Shown here in pieces: positions 26,693 through 35,110 of a stretch of 64,000 bases of DNA. The notes under the pieces are model-generated. The model searched no databases, was not told the DNA's origin, and worked only from the letters and a program-made list of their open reading frames with translations. The first letter of the stretch is position 1. Each line of letters starts with the position of its first letter. The stretch covers positions 186,001 through 250,000 of IMG/VR virus record IMGVR_UViG_3300017963_000190. One strand, given 5' to 3'. The position numbers were made by a program, and so were the translations under genes.

Positions 26693-26742
26693 TTGAAAGC
26701 CATTGGGCGAAAGCCCCGGGGGTTCGAATCCCTCACCTGCCG
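26693..26742 (+). pseudogene. 3' half of interrupted tRNA-Ser(TGA)
   Basis: ttgaaagccat, variable arm, T arm, acctgcc-g. Confidence 0.85.
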
Positions 26743-26756
26743 TTAAGGAGGCGAAG

Positions 26757-27194
26757 ATGAAAAAGGTATGGATCGCAATCATTGTGCTGTTTGCTCTCGT
26801 CATGGCTTGTGAGAGCGACTGGTGTCAGGGTACGAAGGTACACAAGCCGAAATCGTACACAGAGACCAAAGGTAAAACGGAGCCCTACTACGAGATGGGC
26901 AAAAAACCCTTCTATATCCCCATGGGCTGCAGCTCCTACGAGTGTAGCTTCAATGCTCAGGTTTACGTGAACCTGTTCAATCCTACGAAGCGTGAGGTGA
27001 AGGCCGACGTTGAGTGTGGATTCAAGCAGGGCGACTACTTGGCGGGAACCAGCAAAAAGGATAATATCACTATCCCCGCTGCGACCGACTTGAAAGGTAC
27101 TATGCGTCGGGTCGACATGACGCAGCAGTTGAGCGTGCAGAAAGGATCCGACCCAGAACACCTGGAGATATCCTGCCATGCGACGTTCCATTAG
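26757..27194 (+). CDS. Putative lipoprotein
   Basis: AAGGAGG RBS; MKK-hydrophobic-VMAC lipobox. Confidence 0.7.
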   Translation: MKKVWIAIIVLFALVMACESDWCQGTKVHKPKSYTETKGKTEPYYEMGKKPFYIPMGCSSYECSFNAQVYVNLFNPTKREVKADVECGFKQGDYLAGTSKKDNITIPAATDLKGTMRRVDMTQQLSVQKGSDPEHLEISCHATFH

Positions 27195-27741
27195 CCTCCT
27201 CGCAATCTTTGCGTTGCTTTTGGTTGGGTGCCCACGGAAGGGGTACCGCAGCTGGTTCTCCAACGTCACCAACTATAAGTACGACGTAAAGAAGGCCAAA
27301 AAGACACCTGCTGGCGTGCGTTACTTTGCGCCGGCTAAGGACGACACACAAGCCTTTCGCGATAAGCTGGACGTGCTTACACACGAGCTCGCTGCTTGCC
27401 TCCCAAAGATCGACCCGAAGTGGCAGGTACGTCGAGACTGGTTCGTGGTTTTCGTTCCTCCCGACTGGTACGTGTCTACTTGTAGCAAGCAGCAGCTTGT
27501 TCCGTCTACTCCTCCTTGCAGGGGTTGCCGCAAGAAAGGGTTGGACATTCCAGACAAGTGCTGTGGTCTTAGGAAACCCACAGCTGAGTGTCCATGCGTC
27601 TGCAACATGAGAGCGGTGGTGCAGGACAACTACGTAATAGTCACTTCACCAAACCTGCTCCTTTACAAAGCAGAGCTCGCACGGTTGATTACGAATAACA
27701 ATAACGTGTGGGGGCACGAGCAGATTCGAAAATGCCTGTAG
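27178..27741 (+). CDS. Cys-rich putative lipoprotein
   Basis: LVGC lipobox. Confidence 0.7.
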   Translation: MRRSISLLAIFALLLVGCPRKGYRSWFSNVTNYKYDVKKAKKTPAGVRYFAPAKDDTQAFRDKLDVLTHELAACLPKIDPKWQVRRDWFVVFVPPDWYVSTCSKQQLVPSTPPCRGCRKKGLDIPDKCCGLRKPTAECPCVCNMRAVVQDNYVIVTSPNLLLYKAELARLITNNNNVWGHEQIRKCL

Positions 27742-27777
27742 CTCTATTTATTTCACCGGTGCCAAGGAGGTGCAACT

Positions 27778-27933
27778 ATGCTCGACTTCCTGGTGATTAT
27801 TATCCTCATGGGGATTCTACTTTGGATGACCCGTCCGTCTAAACAGGGAACGTACTACCTGAATAAAAGCATAGATACCCTACTGTTGCGCCAAAAGAAG
27901 AAACGTCGTGGAGAGGACAAAGATGAGCAATGA
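27778..27933 (+). CDS. Small membrane protein (51 aa)
   Basis: AAGGAGGT RBS; MLDFLVIIILMGILLW; below the ORF-track cutoff. Confidence 0.55.
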   Translation: MLDFLVIIILMGILLWMTRPSKQGTYYLNKSIDTLLLRQKKKRRGEDKDEQ

Positions 27934-28174
27934 ACCGTTCAATCCAGGTTGCCCGAAGTGCTTTGACCAGCATCCTGTGGTGGTGAAGTCGGCAGATGGG
28001 AAAAAGACTTACGCTCGCTGTCGCTGCGGCAAGTCTGAGGTAGCCACCGATCATCCTCTAGCGTCCATTAGAAAGGCGTGGAATGAGGAGCTCACGCGGG
28101 ACGACAAAGAGAAGGAGTTCCTCCGGCGCAGTTGCAAGAAAACGCGAAGGAGTCGGTTCCTTTCTGGAGACTAG
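27923..28174 (+). CDS. Zn-ribbon protein (Lar-like)
   Basis: CPKC...CRCG...AWN. Confidence 0.5.
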   Translation: MSNEPFNPGCPKCFDQHPVVVKSADGKKTYARCRCGKSEVATDHPLASIRKAWNEELTRDDKEKEFLRRSCKKTRRSRFLSGD

Positions 28175-28183
28175 GGGTGCAGA

Positions 28184-28477
28184 ATGATTTTCACCATCGG
28201 GCATACCATTTCTTACGCGACTGCATTCCGAGAGGAGCCAGAGCTTTTGAAGCTCGGTCGTACCGATGAGCACCCCGGAGGCGGCGTTTGGGAAACTCGG
28301 CAAGCTGCGCAGGACTTTTTGGACAGCATGCCAAATGAATACTGCCCAAACTGGCAAGCCAAGGACTTCTCTGTTTATGGTGTAGACGCCGATTGGGAGG
28401 AGGACACCTACGAGGATTTCTTCACTCCTTGGCGACTGCTCAAAAGAGATGCCCAGTTAATAAAATTATCAGATTAG
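28184..28477 (+). CDS. Hypothetical phage protein
   Basis: Co-oriented ORF. Confidence 0.6.
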   Translation: MIFTIGHTISYATAFREEPELLKLGRTDEHPGGGVWETRQAAQDFLDSMPNEYCPNWQAKDFSVYGVDADWEEDTYEDFFTPWRLLKRDAQLIKLSD

Positions 28478-28495
28478 GCAGCAGGAGGTTTACTT

Positions 28496-28759
28496 ATGCC
28501 TGTGACACGACGTGGATTTTTAGGCATTGGGGCAGCCATTCTTGGGAGTGCGTTGCTTCCCTCAGTGGAATCAGACTACGATCCGGAGCACGAGGTGCTC
28601 CTCACTCATCTGGAGAAGGAGGGCTTACGTGATGGTCCTCCGCAGTTCGAGAAGCTTGGGAAGTTGATCGCTGAAGAGATTATGGCGACTATGGAACGTC
28701 CAAGTTTTACCGACCGAATTTTTGGGAAGCTTGACATCCCTGCCGAGATTCCCTGCTAG
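28496..28759 (+). CDS. Small protein with twin-arginine-like N-terminus
   Basis: AGGAGGT RBS; TRRGFL plus hydrophobic stretch. Confidence 0.6.
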   Translation: MPVTRRGFLGIGAAILGSALLPSVESDYDPEHEVLLTHLEKEGLRDGPPQFEKLGKLIAEEIMATMERPSFTDRIFGKLDIPAEIPC

Positions 28760-28775
28760 TAAATTATCAGATTGA

Positions 28776-28864
28776 GGTGGGTTGTCCGAGTCTGGCTTAA
28801 GGTGCTGTCTTGGAACGGCAGTGCACCCTAACTGGTGCCGGGGGTTCGAATCCCTCACCCACCG
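28776..28864 (+). tRNA. tRNA-Ser(GGA)
   Basis: Cloverleaf; ctgtc-tt-GGA-ac-ggcag. Confidence 0.9.
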
Positions 28865-28894
28865 TACAAGCCCAATTATGCTACGAGGCTTTTT

Positions 28895-29122
28895 ATGAAC
28901 ACTTTATACTTGGTCATGCAAAAAGAAGTGTACCACATTATTGTTTTGAATTCTGGGGAGCATGGTGACCGTACCGCATGTGGAATTGAGACCTACACAA
29001 AAGACGGTAACACCAGCTATGGAACGCGCCCCTCCTACGTTTCGGAAGAGCTCCCCACCGAAAGTCGCTTTTGCAAAGCTTGCGCTAAAGCTTTGGTGAA
29101 GCACACCCCCGCGCCCCTGTAG
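28895..29122 (+). CDS. Small Zn-binding protein
   Basis: H...TACG...CKAC. Confidence 0.55.
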   Translation: MNTLYLVMQKEVYHIIVLNSGEHGDRTACGIETYTKDGNTSYGTRPSYVSEELPTESRFCKACAKALVKHTPAPL

Positions 29123-29185
29123 CTCAGTCGGCAGAGCATCTCCTTGGTAGGGAGGAGGTCGCTGGTTCAATTCCAGTCGGGGGCT
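29113..29185 (+). tRNA. tRNA-Thr(GGT)
   Basis: Cloverleaf. Confidence 0.9.
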
Positions 29186-29188
29186 TCT

Positions 29189-29260
29189 GGTCCCGTAGTC
29201 TAGCGGTCAGGACACCGGCCTCTCACGTCGGAAGCCCGGGTTCAATTCCCGGCGGGATCA
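29189..29260 (+). tRNA. tRNA-Glu(CTC)
   Basis: Cloverleaf. Confidence 0.9.
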
Positions 29261-29291
29261 TTTCCAATCACATATTGTAAAATAAGGCTAT

Positions 29292-29364
29292 GCGGGAGTA
29301 ACTCAATTGGTAGAGTGTCAGCCTTCCAAGCTGAACGTTGCGGGTTCAAGTCCCGTTTCCCGCT
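29292..29364 (+). tRNA. tRNA-Gly(TCC)
   Basis: Cloverleaf. Confidence 0.9.
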
Positions 29365-29380
29365 CTACGTTGGATGGGCC

Positions 29381-29635
29381 ATGTCAGAGGTATTCTCCAA
29401 AGAGGAATCCGATCGTTTCTTCTCGCTGAGAAAGAAGGGATGGCGGGAGTGTACCTACCGAGAACTAAGTTGGGCGCGTAAGCTGCTTTTACGTATAGTA
29501 GAGGCTAAAGCTGTCCATCGATTCTATGGCAGCGAGGAGGCACTGACGTGGGCTTTTCCTCTCGATTTCGCGTCCCTTGATAATCTTGTGCGCGACGCAA
29601 GGGAAACCTTCCAGCGGAAGGTGAAGCTTGTTTAA
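29381..29635 (+). CDS. Hypothetical protein
   Basis: ORF following a tRNA. Confidence 0.5.
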   Translation: MSEVFSKEESDRFFSLRKKGWRECTYRELSWARKLLLRIVEAKAVHRFYGSEEALTWAFPLDFASLDNLVRDARETFQRKVKLV

Positions 29636-29655
29636 TTACGGAGGCAGCATTATCC

Positions 29656-29943
29656 ATGGCAACTGTCAAAATGATCACAGCTCCTGAGAACAAAATCTCC
29701 GTCAACGGCTACTACGACAAAGTTGTTGATGGTGGGTGGGTTACTTTTGAGCCAGAGGCAGCGATAGAGATCCGCCGGGATCCACATCTTCCGAAAGAAG
29801 TACCTACTGTGATCATACATGAGGGAAACGAAAAAATCGATTTGGTGCGACGTCTTAAACTCTACGAACACGCGTTTATCGGGCTAGCGTTGTGGTGCAC
29901 TGCACTCACAGCCGTGGCGGTAATTCTATTTTTGCGGGGGTAG
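29656..29943 (+). CDS. Protein with C-terminal membrane anchor
   Basis: GGAGG RBS; hydrophobic C-terminus. Confidence 0.55.
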   Translation: MATVKMITAPENKISVNGYYDKVVDGGWVTFEPEAAIEIRRDPHLPKEVPTVIIHEGNEKIDLVRRLKLYEHAFIGLALWCTALTAVAVILFLRG

Positions 29944-30006
29944 CTCAGTTGGCAGAGCGACGGCTTGCCAAGCCGTAGGTCGCGGGTCCGAATCCCGTTC
30001 CCCGCT
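29934..30006 (+). tRNA. tRNA-Gly(GCC)
   Basis: Cloverleaf; T loop variant TCCGAAT. Confidence 0.85.
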
Positions 30007-30106
30007 CAACTTTTCCGGCAAAGCTGCGAAGTAACTTACTTTCTAAATAATAGGCTAAATCGTATGTTTGTGTTTAGTCACCTTTTATTCAGTTAGGGGA
30101 CTCACG

Positions 30107-30514
30107 ATGAAAGCCGGGAATGGCGGTAATAATGGAACCCAATCAAAGGCAGTGACCGTGGACTTTGAGAGCAACCTCAAAGTCTTGCATAGACCGAGAA
30201 ATTGTCCGTCGTCGCGTCCGTGCCGACGCCTGGAGTGTCGTTATCACTTGGCAATTGATGCGGTATCTAGGCGTAGGCGCCCAACGTTTCGACATAATTT
30301 TCCGGGGGTACCTCTTGAGGATCTCCAAGAAACCTGCGCATTAGAAGCAGCGGAGCGAAACGGTGGCTTAACTCACGCAGAGATTGCTGTTCTCATGAAC
30401 ACGTCCACGGAACAGATTAAACAGATAGAGCAAGTAGCGCTCAAAAAAGTGAGTATCAAACTCCGGGAGCTTAGGAGTACTGGTGATCTTTATCCCTCAC
30501 TTTTGTTAGTGTAG
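30107..30514 (+). CDS. Cys-rich protein with sigma70 region-4-type HTH
   Basis: RPC...CRYHL...TCALE; LTHAEIAVLMNTSTEQIKQIEQVALKK. Confidence 0.7.
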   Translation: MKAGNGGNNGTQSKAVTVDFESNLKVLHRPRNCPSSRPCRRLECRYHLAIDAVSRRRRPTFRHNFPGVPLEDLQETCALEAAERNGGLTHAEIAVLMNTSTEQIKQIEQVALKKVSIKLRELRSTGDLYPSLLLV

Positions 30515-30540
30515 CTCAGCAGGTAGAGCACCTCCTCGTG
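30505..30540 (+). pseudogene. 5' fragment of a tRNA (Thr-like)
   Basis: gttagtg-tagctcagcaggtagagca-cctcctcgt; no 3' half found. Confidence 0.5.
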
Positions 30541-30555
30541 GTTATTGGTCTTGAT

Positions 30556-30640
30556 GCCCGGGTCGCCTAGTTGGTCGATGGCACCGGATTTGTAATCCGG
30601 AAGCTTTAAGCTCACGCAGGTTCGAATCCTGTCCCGGGCT
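30556..30640 (+). tRNA. tRNA-Thr(TGT) with long variable arm
   Basis: ccgga-tt-TGT-aa-tccgg; agc/gct extra stem. Confidence 0.85.
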
Positions 30641-30657
30641 TTTCCTTGGAGGACGCT

Positions 30658-30933
30658 ATGGGATCAAAAACAGCAGAAGGTTACGTTTGCATAAAGAACG
30701 TGACAGACTTGCTGAAGATTGCAGAGGACCACCCAGGAATAAACACCGTGCGTTACTACGATAGTCTGGCTTTTGGGGATCTCATTCAAGTGTATCTGTG
30801 GGATTCAGGGAACCATCGAGGGCACGGTGGGTTGTGCTTAACGAAAGACCAGTTTGAGCTGTTTAAGAAAAAAGCACCTAATTTGCATTTTGTTAATTAT
30901 GCCCATACGGGGGGTATTAAATGCAACCTTTAA
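30658..30933 (+). CDS. Hypothetical protein, paralog of the next ORF
   Basis: GGAGG RBS; aligns by eye with 30921-31139. Confidence 0.6.
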   Translation: MGSKTAEGYVCIKNVTDLLKIAEDHPGINTVRYYDSLAFGDLIQVYLWDSGNHRGHGGLCLTKDQFELFKKKAPNLHFVNYAHTGGIKCNL

Positions 30934-31139
30934 CGTCCGATGATATAGTGAAGCTTATAGAAGCGAACCCTGAGATCGAAGTCGTCCAATACGAGTCCCT
31001 GCATTTGAATGGTCAAATTCACGTGGAGCTTCTGGACAGCAATCGTCAATATATTATCGGCGGTGCCGTGCTTACTAGCCAGGATTTCTCTTCGATACAA
31101 ACGCAACTTGGAGGACGGGTGAGATTTTTGCCAGCGTAG
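30921..31139 (+). CDS. Hypothetical protein, paralog of the previous ORF
   Basis: Shared P.I..V.Y..SL....I.V.L.DS....GG..LT...F pattern. Confidence 0.6.
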   Translation: MQPLTSDDIVKLIEANPEIEVVQYESLHLNGQIHVELLDSNRQYIIGGAVLTSQDFSSIQTQLGGRVRFLPA

Positions 31140-31201
31140 CTCAGGCGGCAGAGCAGTGGTTTCGTACTCCACAGGTGCCGGTTCGACTCCGGTCGCTGGC
31201 T
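31130..31201 (+). tRNA. tRNA-Thr(CGT)
   Basis: Cloverleaf. Confidence 0.85.
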
Positions 31202-31204
31202 CTT

Positions 31205-31276
31205 GTCGGGGTAGTTCAGCAGGCCGAACAGCTGGCTCATATCCAGTAGACGCGGGTTCGAATCCCGCCCTCGACA
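31205..31276 (+). tRNA. tRNA-Met or Ile2 (CAT)
   Basis: Cloverleaf; ct-CAT-at loop. Confidence 0.85.
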
Positions 31277-31280
31277 TTTT

Positions 31281-31352
31281 GAGCGGGTAGTCAAGTGGTT
31301 TGGCGCGGCTCTGCAAAAGCCGTTTACGTGGGTTCAAATCCCATCCCGCTCT
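31281..31352 (+). tRNA. tRNA-Cys(GCA)
   Basis: Cloverleaf; U73. Confidence 0.9.
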
Positions 31353-31405
31353 TTTTGCCACGCGTCTTGTAAAATACGGGAGAGTTGTCAGCACAGGAGA
31401 TTTCT

Positions 31406-31729
31406 ATGCCAGGCGCAGACGTAGTGGTGGACACATTCACATACCAGGATTTTCATGAAGTAAAGGATCGTGGTTTGGTGGTGACGGGAACGCTCGATAA
31501 TGATGCCAGGCTTATTGAGGCAGGTATGCACCTGAAGACGCGCTTCCGTGAGTTTGAGATCACGGGTGTTGAACGTCGAGCTACCATGCGACGCACTACG
31601 GTGGTCGGCTTCCTTCTCAAGGGCCTACGTGAGGAGCATCTAGCCCGTTTTCGCAAGGGGGACAGGTACTCGGTCCTGTCTGATATGGATCACATGTCCA
31701 CCGCGCATTTCTATGGCACATCGTTGTAG
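31406..31729 (+). CDS. Stand-alone EF-Tu domain II-like beta-barrel protein
   Basis: F.EV.DRGLVVTG, ITGVE, VGFLLKGL, RKGD correspond to EF-Tu GRGTVVTG, CTGVE, VGVLLRG, ERGQ. Confidence 0.55.
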   Translation: MPGADVVVDTFTYQDFHEVKDRGLVVTGTLDNDARLIEAGMHLKTRFREFEITGVERRATMRRTTVVGFLLKGLREEHLARFRKGDRYSVLSDMDHMSTAHFYGTSL

Positions 31730-31749
31730 GGATTTAGGGTACCACCGTA

Positions 31750-32205
31750 ATGGGCAAGCTGCTTTTCAAAGTGACGCGTAAGGACCTGAAGGTCGAATTT
31801 TTTCGTGCCGGCGGTAAAGGCGGTCAGCATCAAAACAAGACCTCGTCTGCGTGCCGCATCCGGCATCCTCCCTCTGGGGCTGTAGGGGAGTCCAGAGAGG
31901 AGCGTAGCCAGCATCAAAATAGACGCATCGCCTTTAAGCGGATGGCGCAGTCCAAAAAGTTCCAGAATTGGGCCAGAGCTCAAGCTGCTGCTATTGAGCA
32001 GGGCTACCGAGACACGGAACAAAAAGTGTCTCAGATGATGGCGTCTGATAATGTAAAGATCGACTACGTCACCACTTGGGAATGTGATGGTTGTGGGAAG
32101 ACCGAGACCATCACAGCTTCCGATCCCAACAAGAAGCCCGAGTGGTTAGCTATAGGAGAGCTCCAAGAAGAGGAGCACTTGTGCACTAGATGCGCAGGCA
32201 AGTAA
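31750..32205 (+). CDS. GGQ peptidyl-tRNA hydrolase domain (ArfB/release-factor-like) with C-terminal Zn ribbon
   Basis: [31 protein letters not shown]; CDGC...CTRC. Confidence 0.85.
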   Translation: MGKLLFKVTRKDLKVEFFRAGGKGGQHQNKTSSACRIRHPPSGAVGESREERSQHQNRRIAFKRMAQSKKFQNWARAQAAAIEQGYRDTEQKVSQMMASDNVKIDYVTTWECDGCGKTETITASDPNKKPEWLAIGELQEEEHLCTRCAGK

Positions 32206-32209
32206 TTAA

Positions 32210-32283
32210 CGGGGATGTGGTGTAACCCGGTAACACGCGTGCTTTGGGAGCACGAGTTCGAAGTTCAAATCTTCCATCCCCGA
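32210..32283 (+). tRNA. tRNA-Pro(TGG), 8/4 acceptor/T-stem fold
   Basis: cggggatg/catccccg, gaag/cttc; cgtgc-tt-TGG-ga-gcacg. Confidence 0.8.
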
Positions 32284-32304
32284 TCGCACAGGAGGCATTA
32301 GACT

Positions 32305-32808
32305 ATGGCCCAGCAAGTGAAGAAATCAGACATCAGGATCACTCGTTTCCGTCTTCCAGATGAGGACCTCCGTACGCAAGGGTCCGGCTGCTTGATCTAC
32401 CACATCCCAACGAAGCAGAGCTTTGTAAAGGAGACAGAGCAACCATTCCCCTCTAACAAGAAAGACGCGATGAGCCAGTTGTGCTCCGCTCTTGGTACCA
32501 CTGTGGAGGCCCTTGAGCAGCAAGAGGACCGCACAGTATTTCCTGAGTGGACTACCACGGAGCTGTACACCCGGGACTACGGTTTGTTCATTATCACGGT
32601 CTTCTTCCTTAAGGGAGAGGAAGACCCCGAGCTCGAAGGGTGGACGTGGGGGCTAGAGAGTTCCAGGAACTGGGTGCACGATCCTGGCATCTACGAGACG
32701 TCAGAGGGAGCTATCCGCGCAGCGGAGAAGTGGGCGTCCGAAATGTTGGAAGAAGAAAACTCCGACGACAAAAAGGATGAGAGCAAAGCAAAAAAGCCGA
32801 ATGGGTGA
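32305..32808 (+). CDS. Hypothetical protein, N-terminus weakly release-factor-domain-like (no GGQ)
   Basis: AGGAGG RBS; SDIRITRFR...IYHIPT...NKKDAM..L. Confidence 0.5.
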   Translation: MAQQVKKSDIRITRFRLPDEDLRTQGSGCLIYHIPTKQSFVKETEQPFPSNKKDAMSQLCSALGTTVEALEQQEDRTVFPEWTTTELYTRDYGLFIITVFFLKGEEDPELEGWTWGLESSRNWVHDPGIYETSEGAIRAAEKWASEMLEEENSDDKKDESKAKKPNG

Positions 32809-32954
32809 TCCCAGAGATCACCCCGGAGATAGCTAAGCAGCTGGCACAGGAATGCCGCGAAATTCGTGCTGAGCATCATAAGATACTCAAGAGGATGTGG
32901 CACATCCCCCTTCATGAACGGCTTGCGGTGTCTAGGTAAAGGGAGGCAGAGATT

Positions 32955-33194
32955 ATGATGGACGATAAACTCATCGAGCGTTTGCAGGATCGCTTGGATG
33001 CTTACCACGATTTGTCCAAGTTCCGGGAAGCGGTAAATCAATCTCCTCAACTAGCTGCGCAAGTCGGAGGATTCCAACACGCAGACGCCGTCATGGATTT
33101 TATGAATAAGTGCCAAACGCATCTAGCAAAGCTCGTTTTTCTGCAGCTTCGTGAGCTAGATCGGGAGCTCTCCCCTAATGTCGATAGCGCGTGA
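32955..33194 (+). CDS. Hypothetical protein
   Basis: GGAGG RBS. Confidence 0.5.
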   Translation: MMDDKLIERLQDRLDAYHDLSKFREAVNQSPQLAAQVGGFQHADAVMDFMNKCQTHLAKLVFLQLRELDRELSPNVDSA

Positions 33195-33516
33195 AGAAGC
33201 AGAGCGCCTCGGCCTGCAGATAGAGCGACTGCTCACCTGGGATTTCGGAAAAGGTATGGCACGCCGTTTGGCAGAGGGTGAGCTCCCCGACCGTATTCTT
33301 TACGGCCTTGATGAGCTTGAGATCTCCAACAAACTCGTGGCGCGTGGGGACCAAGAATTCCCTGAAGACATTGTTACTTGTGAGCAAACAGGGCTTCCTC
33401 TGCGTCCCCTTTATATTCACCTTCCCAGTGGGAGGATAAAACGCGCTGTACCTATTAGTTGGGGCGAGGGCGTCGATTACTATGATTACCGAGACCTCGC
33501 AGGAGCAAGCAAGTGA
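33178..33516 (+). CDS. Hypothetical protein
   Basis: Overlapping co-oriented ORF. Confidence 0.5.
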   Translation: MSIAREEAERLGLQIERLLTWDFGKGMARRLAEGELPDRILYGLDELEISNKLVARGDQEFPEDIVTCEQTGLPLRPLYIHLPSGRIKRAVPISWGEGVDYYDYRDLAGASK

Positions 33517-33917
33517 TCAAGCATGTAGATTTCTTTCCGGAAGACGTTCTTGTGAACATGCCAGGGGACGAGTACACCGGTGTTATTTCCATCTGCGATA
33601 TCGATCACAACGTTGATAGGCTTTTTGACCACCGGTGGGCACAAGTGCTTCGGTTGAAATTCGACGACATCGATCACCCGCGTCCACACTATCACCTTTT
33701 TACGGAGACCCAAGCAAGGCATATTCTACAGTGGCTAGAAAAACATGCTGGCTCGTTGTTGGCCATTTACGTGCATTGCTGGGCAGGAGTTTCACGCTCC
33801 GCTGCTGTGGCACGATTCATTGCGCGTAAGTATGGATTACCATTTGACGAGGCGAAAGGAAAGTCGTACAATCGCTACGTTTACTCGATGCTAGAGAGCG
33901 TAGACGCGCAGAGATAA
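33513..33917 (+). CDS. Cys-dependent (dual-specificity/tyrosine) phosphatase-like protein
   Basis: FDD and VHCWAGVSRS CX5R motif. Confidence 0.85.
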   Translation: MIKHVDFFPEDVLVNMPGDEYTGVISICDIDHNVDRLFDHRWAQVLRLKFDDIDHPRPHYHLFTETQARHILQWLEKHAGSLLAIYVHCWAGVSRSAAVARFIARKYGLPFDEAKGKSYNRYVYSMLESVDAQR

Positions 33918-33998
33918 AATATACGGCGGCAGTTGGGAAAGGCCAGCCTTTCCCCCTCCCCAGTCCCCCTTTGGTCTATTACCTCCTTGCCGCCATTT

Positions 33999-34072
33999 GG
34001 GGCCATAGCTCAGCTCGGGAGAGCGCTTGACTGGCAGTCAAGAGGTCGTGGGTTCGATCCCCACTGGCTCCA
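33999..34072 (+). tRNA. tRNA-Ala(GGC)
   Basis: Cloverleaf; G3-U70. Confidence 0.9.
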
Positions 34073-34092
34073 TCACACAGAGGAATTACACG

Positions 34093-34308
34093 ATGACTAA
34101 TGAGCAAATCGATAAGCTCACCGACATTATCTGCACGATGATGCTAGACTTTCAAAGCCGTACACCCGACAATCCCATCACCCGCGAGGATATTCGAGGC
34201 TACGTCGTGAAGGTGAACGAGGTCGAAGAGCCAGAGAAAGAAGAGCTCCCCGACCGCGAGCCCACGTACATCACCTTTCCTGTTGGGCACACCGCCAGCA
34301 CTTGGTGA
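34093..34308 (+). CDS. Hypothetical protein
   Basis: GAGGA RBS. Confidence 0.5.
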   Translation: MTNEQIDKLTDIICTMMLDFQSRTPDNPITREDIRGYVVKVNEVEEPEKEELPDREPTYITFPVGHTASTW

Positions 34309-34316
34309 AATTTTAA

Positions 34317-34390
34317 GGGGCCATAGCTCAGTTTGGGAGAGCACCGCCCTTGCAAGGCGGGTGTCGCCGGTTCGAGCCCGGCTGGCTCCA
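34317..34390 (+). tRNA. tRNA-Ala(TGC)
   Basis: Cloverleaf; G3-U70. Confidence 0.9.
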
Positions 34391-34439
34391 TTATTCACCT
34401 CCTCTGCGCAGCATTGGAGCTGCGAAGGAGGATATAGCC

Positions 34440-34685
34440 ATGAGGCTAAGCATTGGAAGTCACGTTGTGTTTATCGACACCCATTACCAGGAGCACGAAG
34501 CGCTGATCACCGCCATTCACGGTGACCCCGCATCCAAGCCGTGTGTGAACCTGCTCTACGTTTCTAAGCAGACGGGGAAGCAGGACCAATACGGCCAGCA
34601 GATCGAGCGCCCCTCTTCGGTGGTCCACATCAAGGACAACACCGCGGGTGGGTACTGCTGGAAGTTCCCTGGAGAGGAGAAGTAG
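34440..34685 (+). CDS. Hypothetical phage protein (SH3-like)
   Basis: AAGGAGG RBS; IGSHVVF...ALITAIHG. Confidence 0.6.
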   Translation: MRLSIGSHVVFIDTHYQEHEALITAIHGDPASKPCVNLLYVSKQTGKQDQYGQQIERPSSVVHIKDNTAGGYCWKFPGEEK

Positions 34686-34880
34686 CGTGACAGCCGTGGC
34701 TGGGGCCGAGCAGGCGCCTGCCCCCACGGGTTCTAGTGCTGCGTAGAGGAGGCGTAATTGCCCTTATCCATGAAACTTACCTTGGCACTATTCAGCGCGC
34801 TCGTATTCACCTACGGTTGCGTGCGCTTGCTTCTGCATTTGCTACTGACCCCGTTCTGTGGGCGATAAGGAATCGGAGCA

Positions 34881-35087
34881 ATGACACAAGTTCGCACAAC
34901 TACCCTGTTTGCTGTGGTGGATGAAACAGGAGCAACTGCGCCTCTTTACCTGGGTGGTGACAATGATGGCCTCAGCGTCTTTTTGACGCGGGAGCGCGCA
35001 GAGTACTTCAAGAATGAGTACCAACAGCTTTTTCCCGAAAAAGAGTTTGTGATACAGGAATTCGGAGTCCTTCCAGACGAAGAATAG
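34881..35087 (+). CDS. Hypothetical protein
   Basis: GGAG RBS. Confidence 0.5.
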   Translation: MTQVRTTTLFAVVDETGATAPLYLGGDNDGLSVFLTRERAEYFKNEYQQLFPEKEFVIQEFGVLPDEE

Positions 35088-35110
35088 CTCAGCAAAGGAG
35101 GCGAGCAAAA

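Larger units (their letters stand above)
25781..26697 (+). mobile_element. Homing-endonuclease cassette carrying a replacement tRNA-Ser(TGA)
   Basis: Inserted in an anticodon loop; TTGAA duplicated at both ends; AT-richer than the flanks. Confidence 0.8.

Noticed and set aside
25781-26697. Group I intron in a tRNA anticodon loop
   Set aside because: Only about 50 nt of non-coding sequence, no recognisable catalytic core, and a terminal duplication instead of splice junctions
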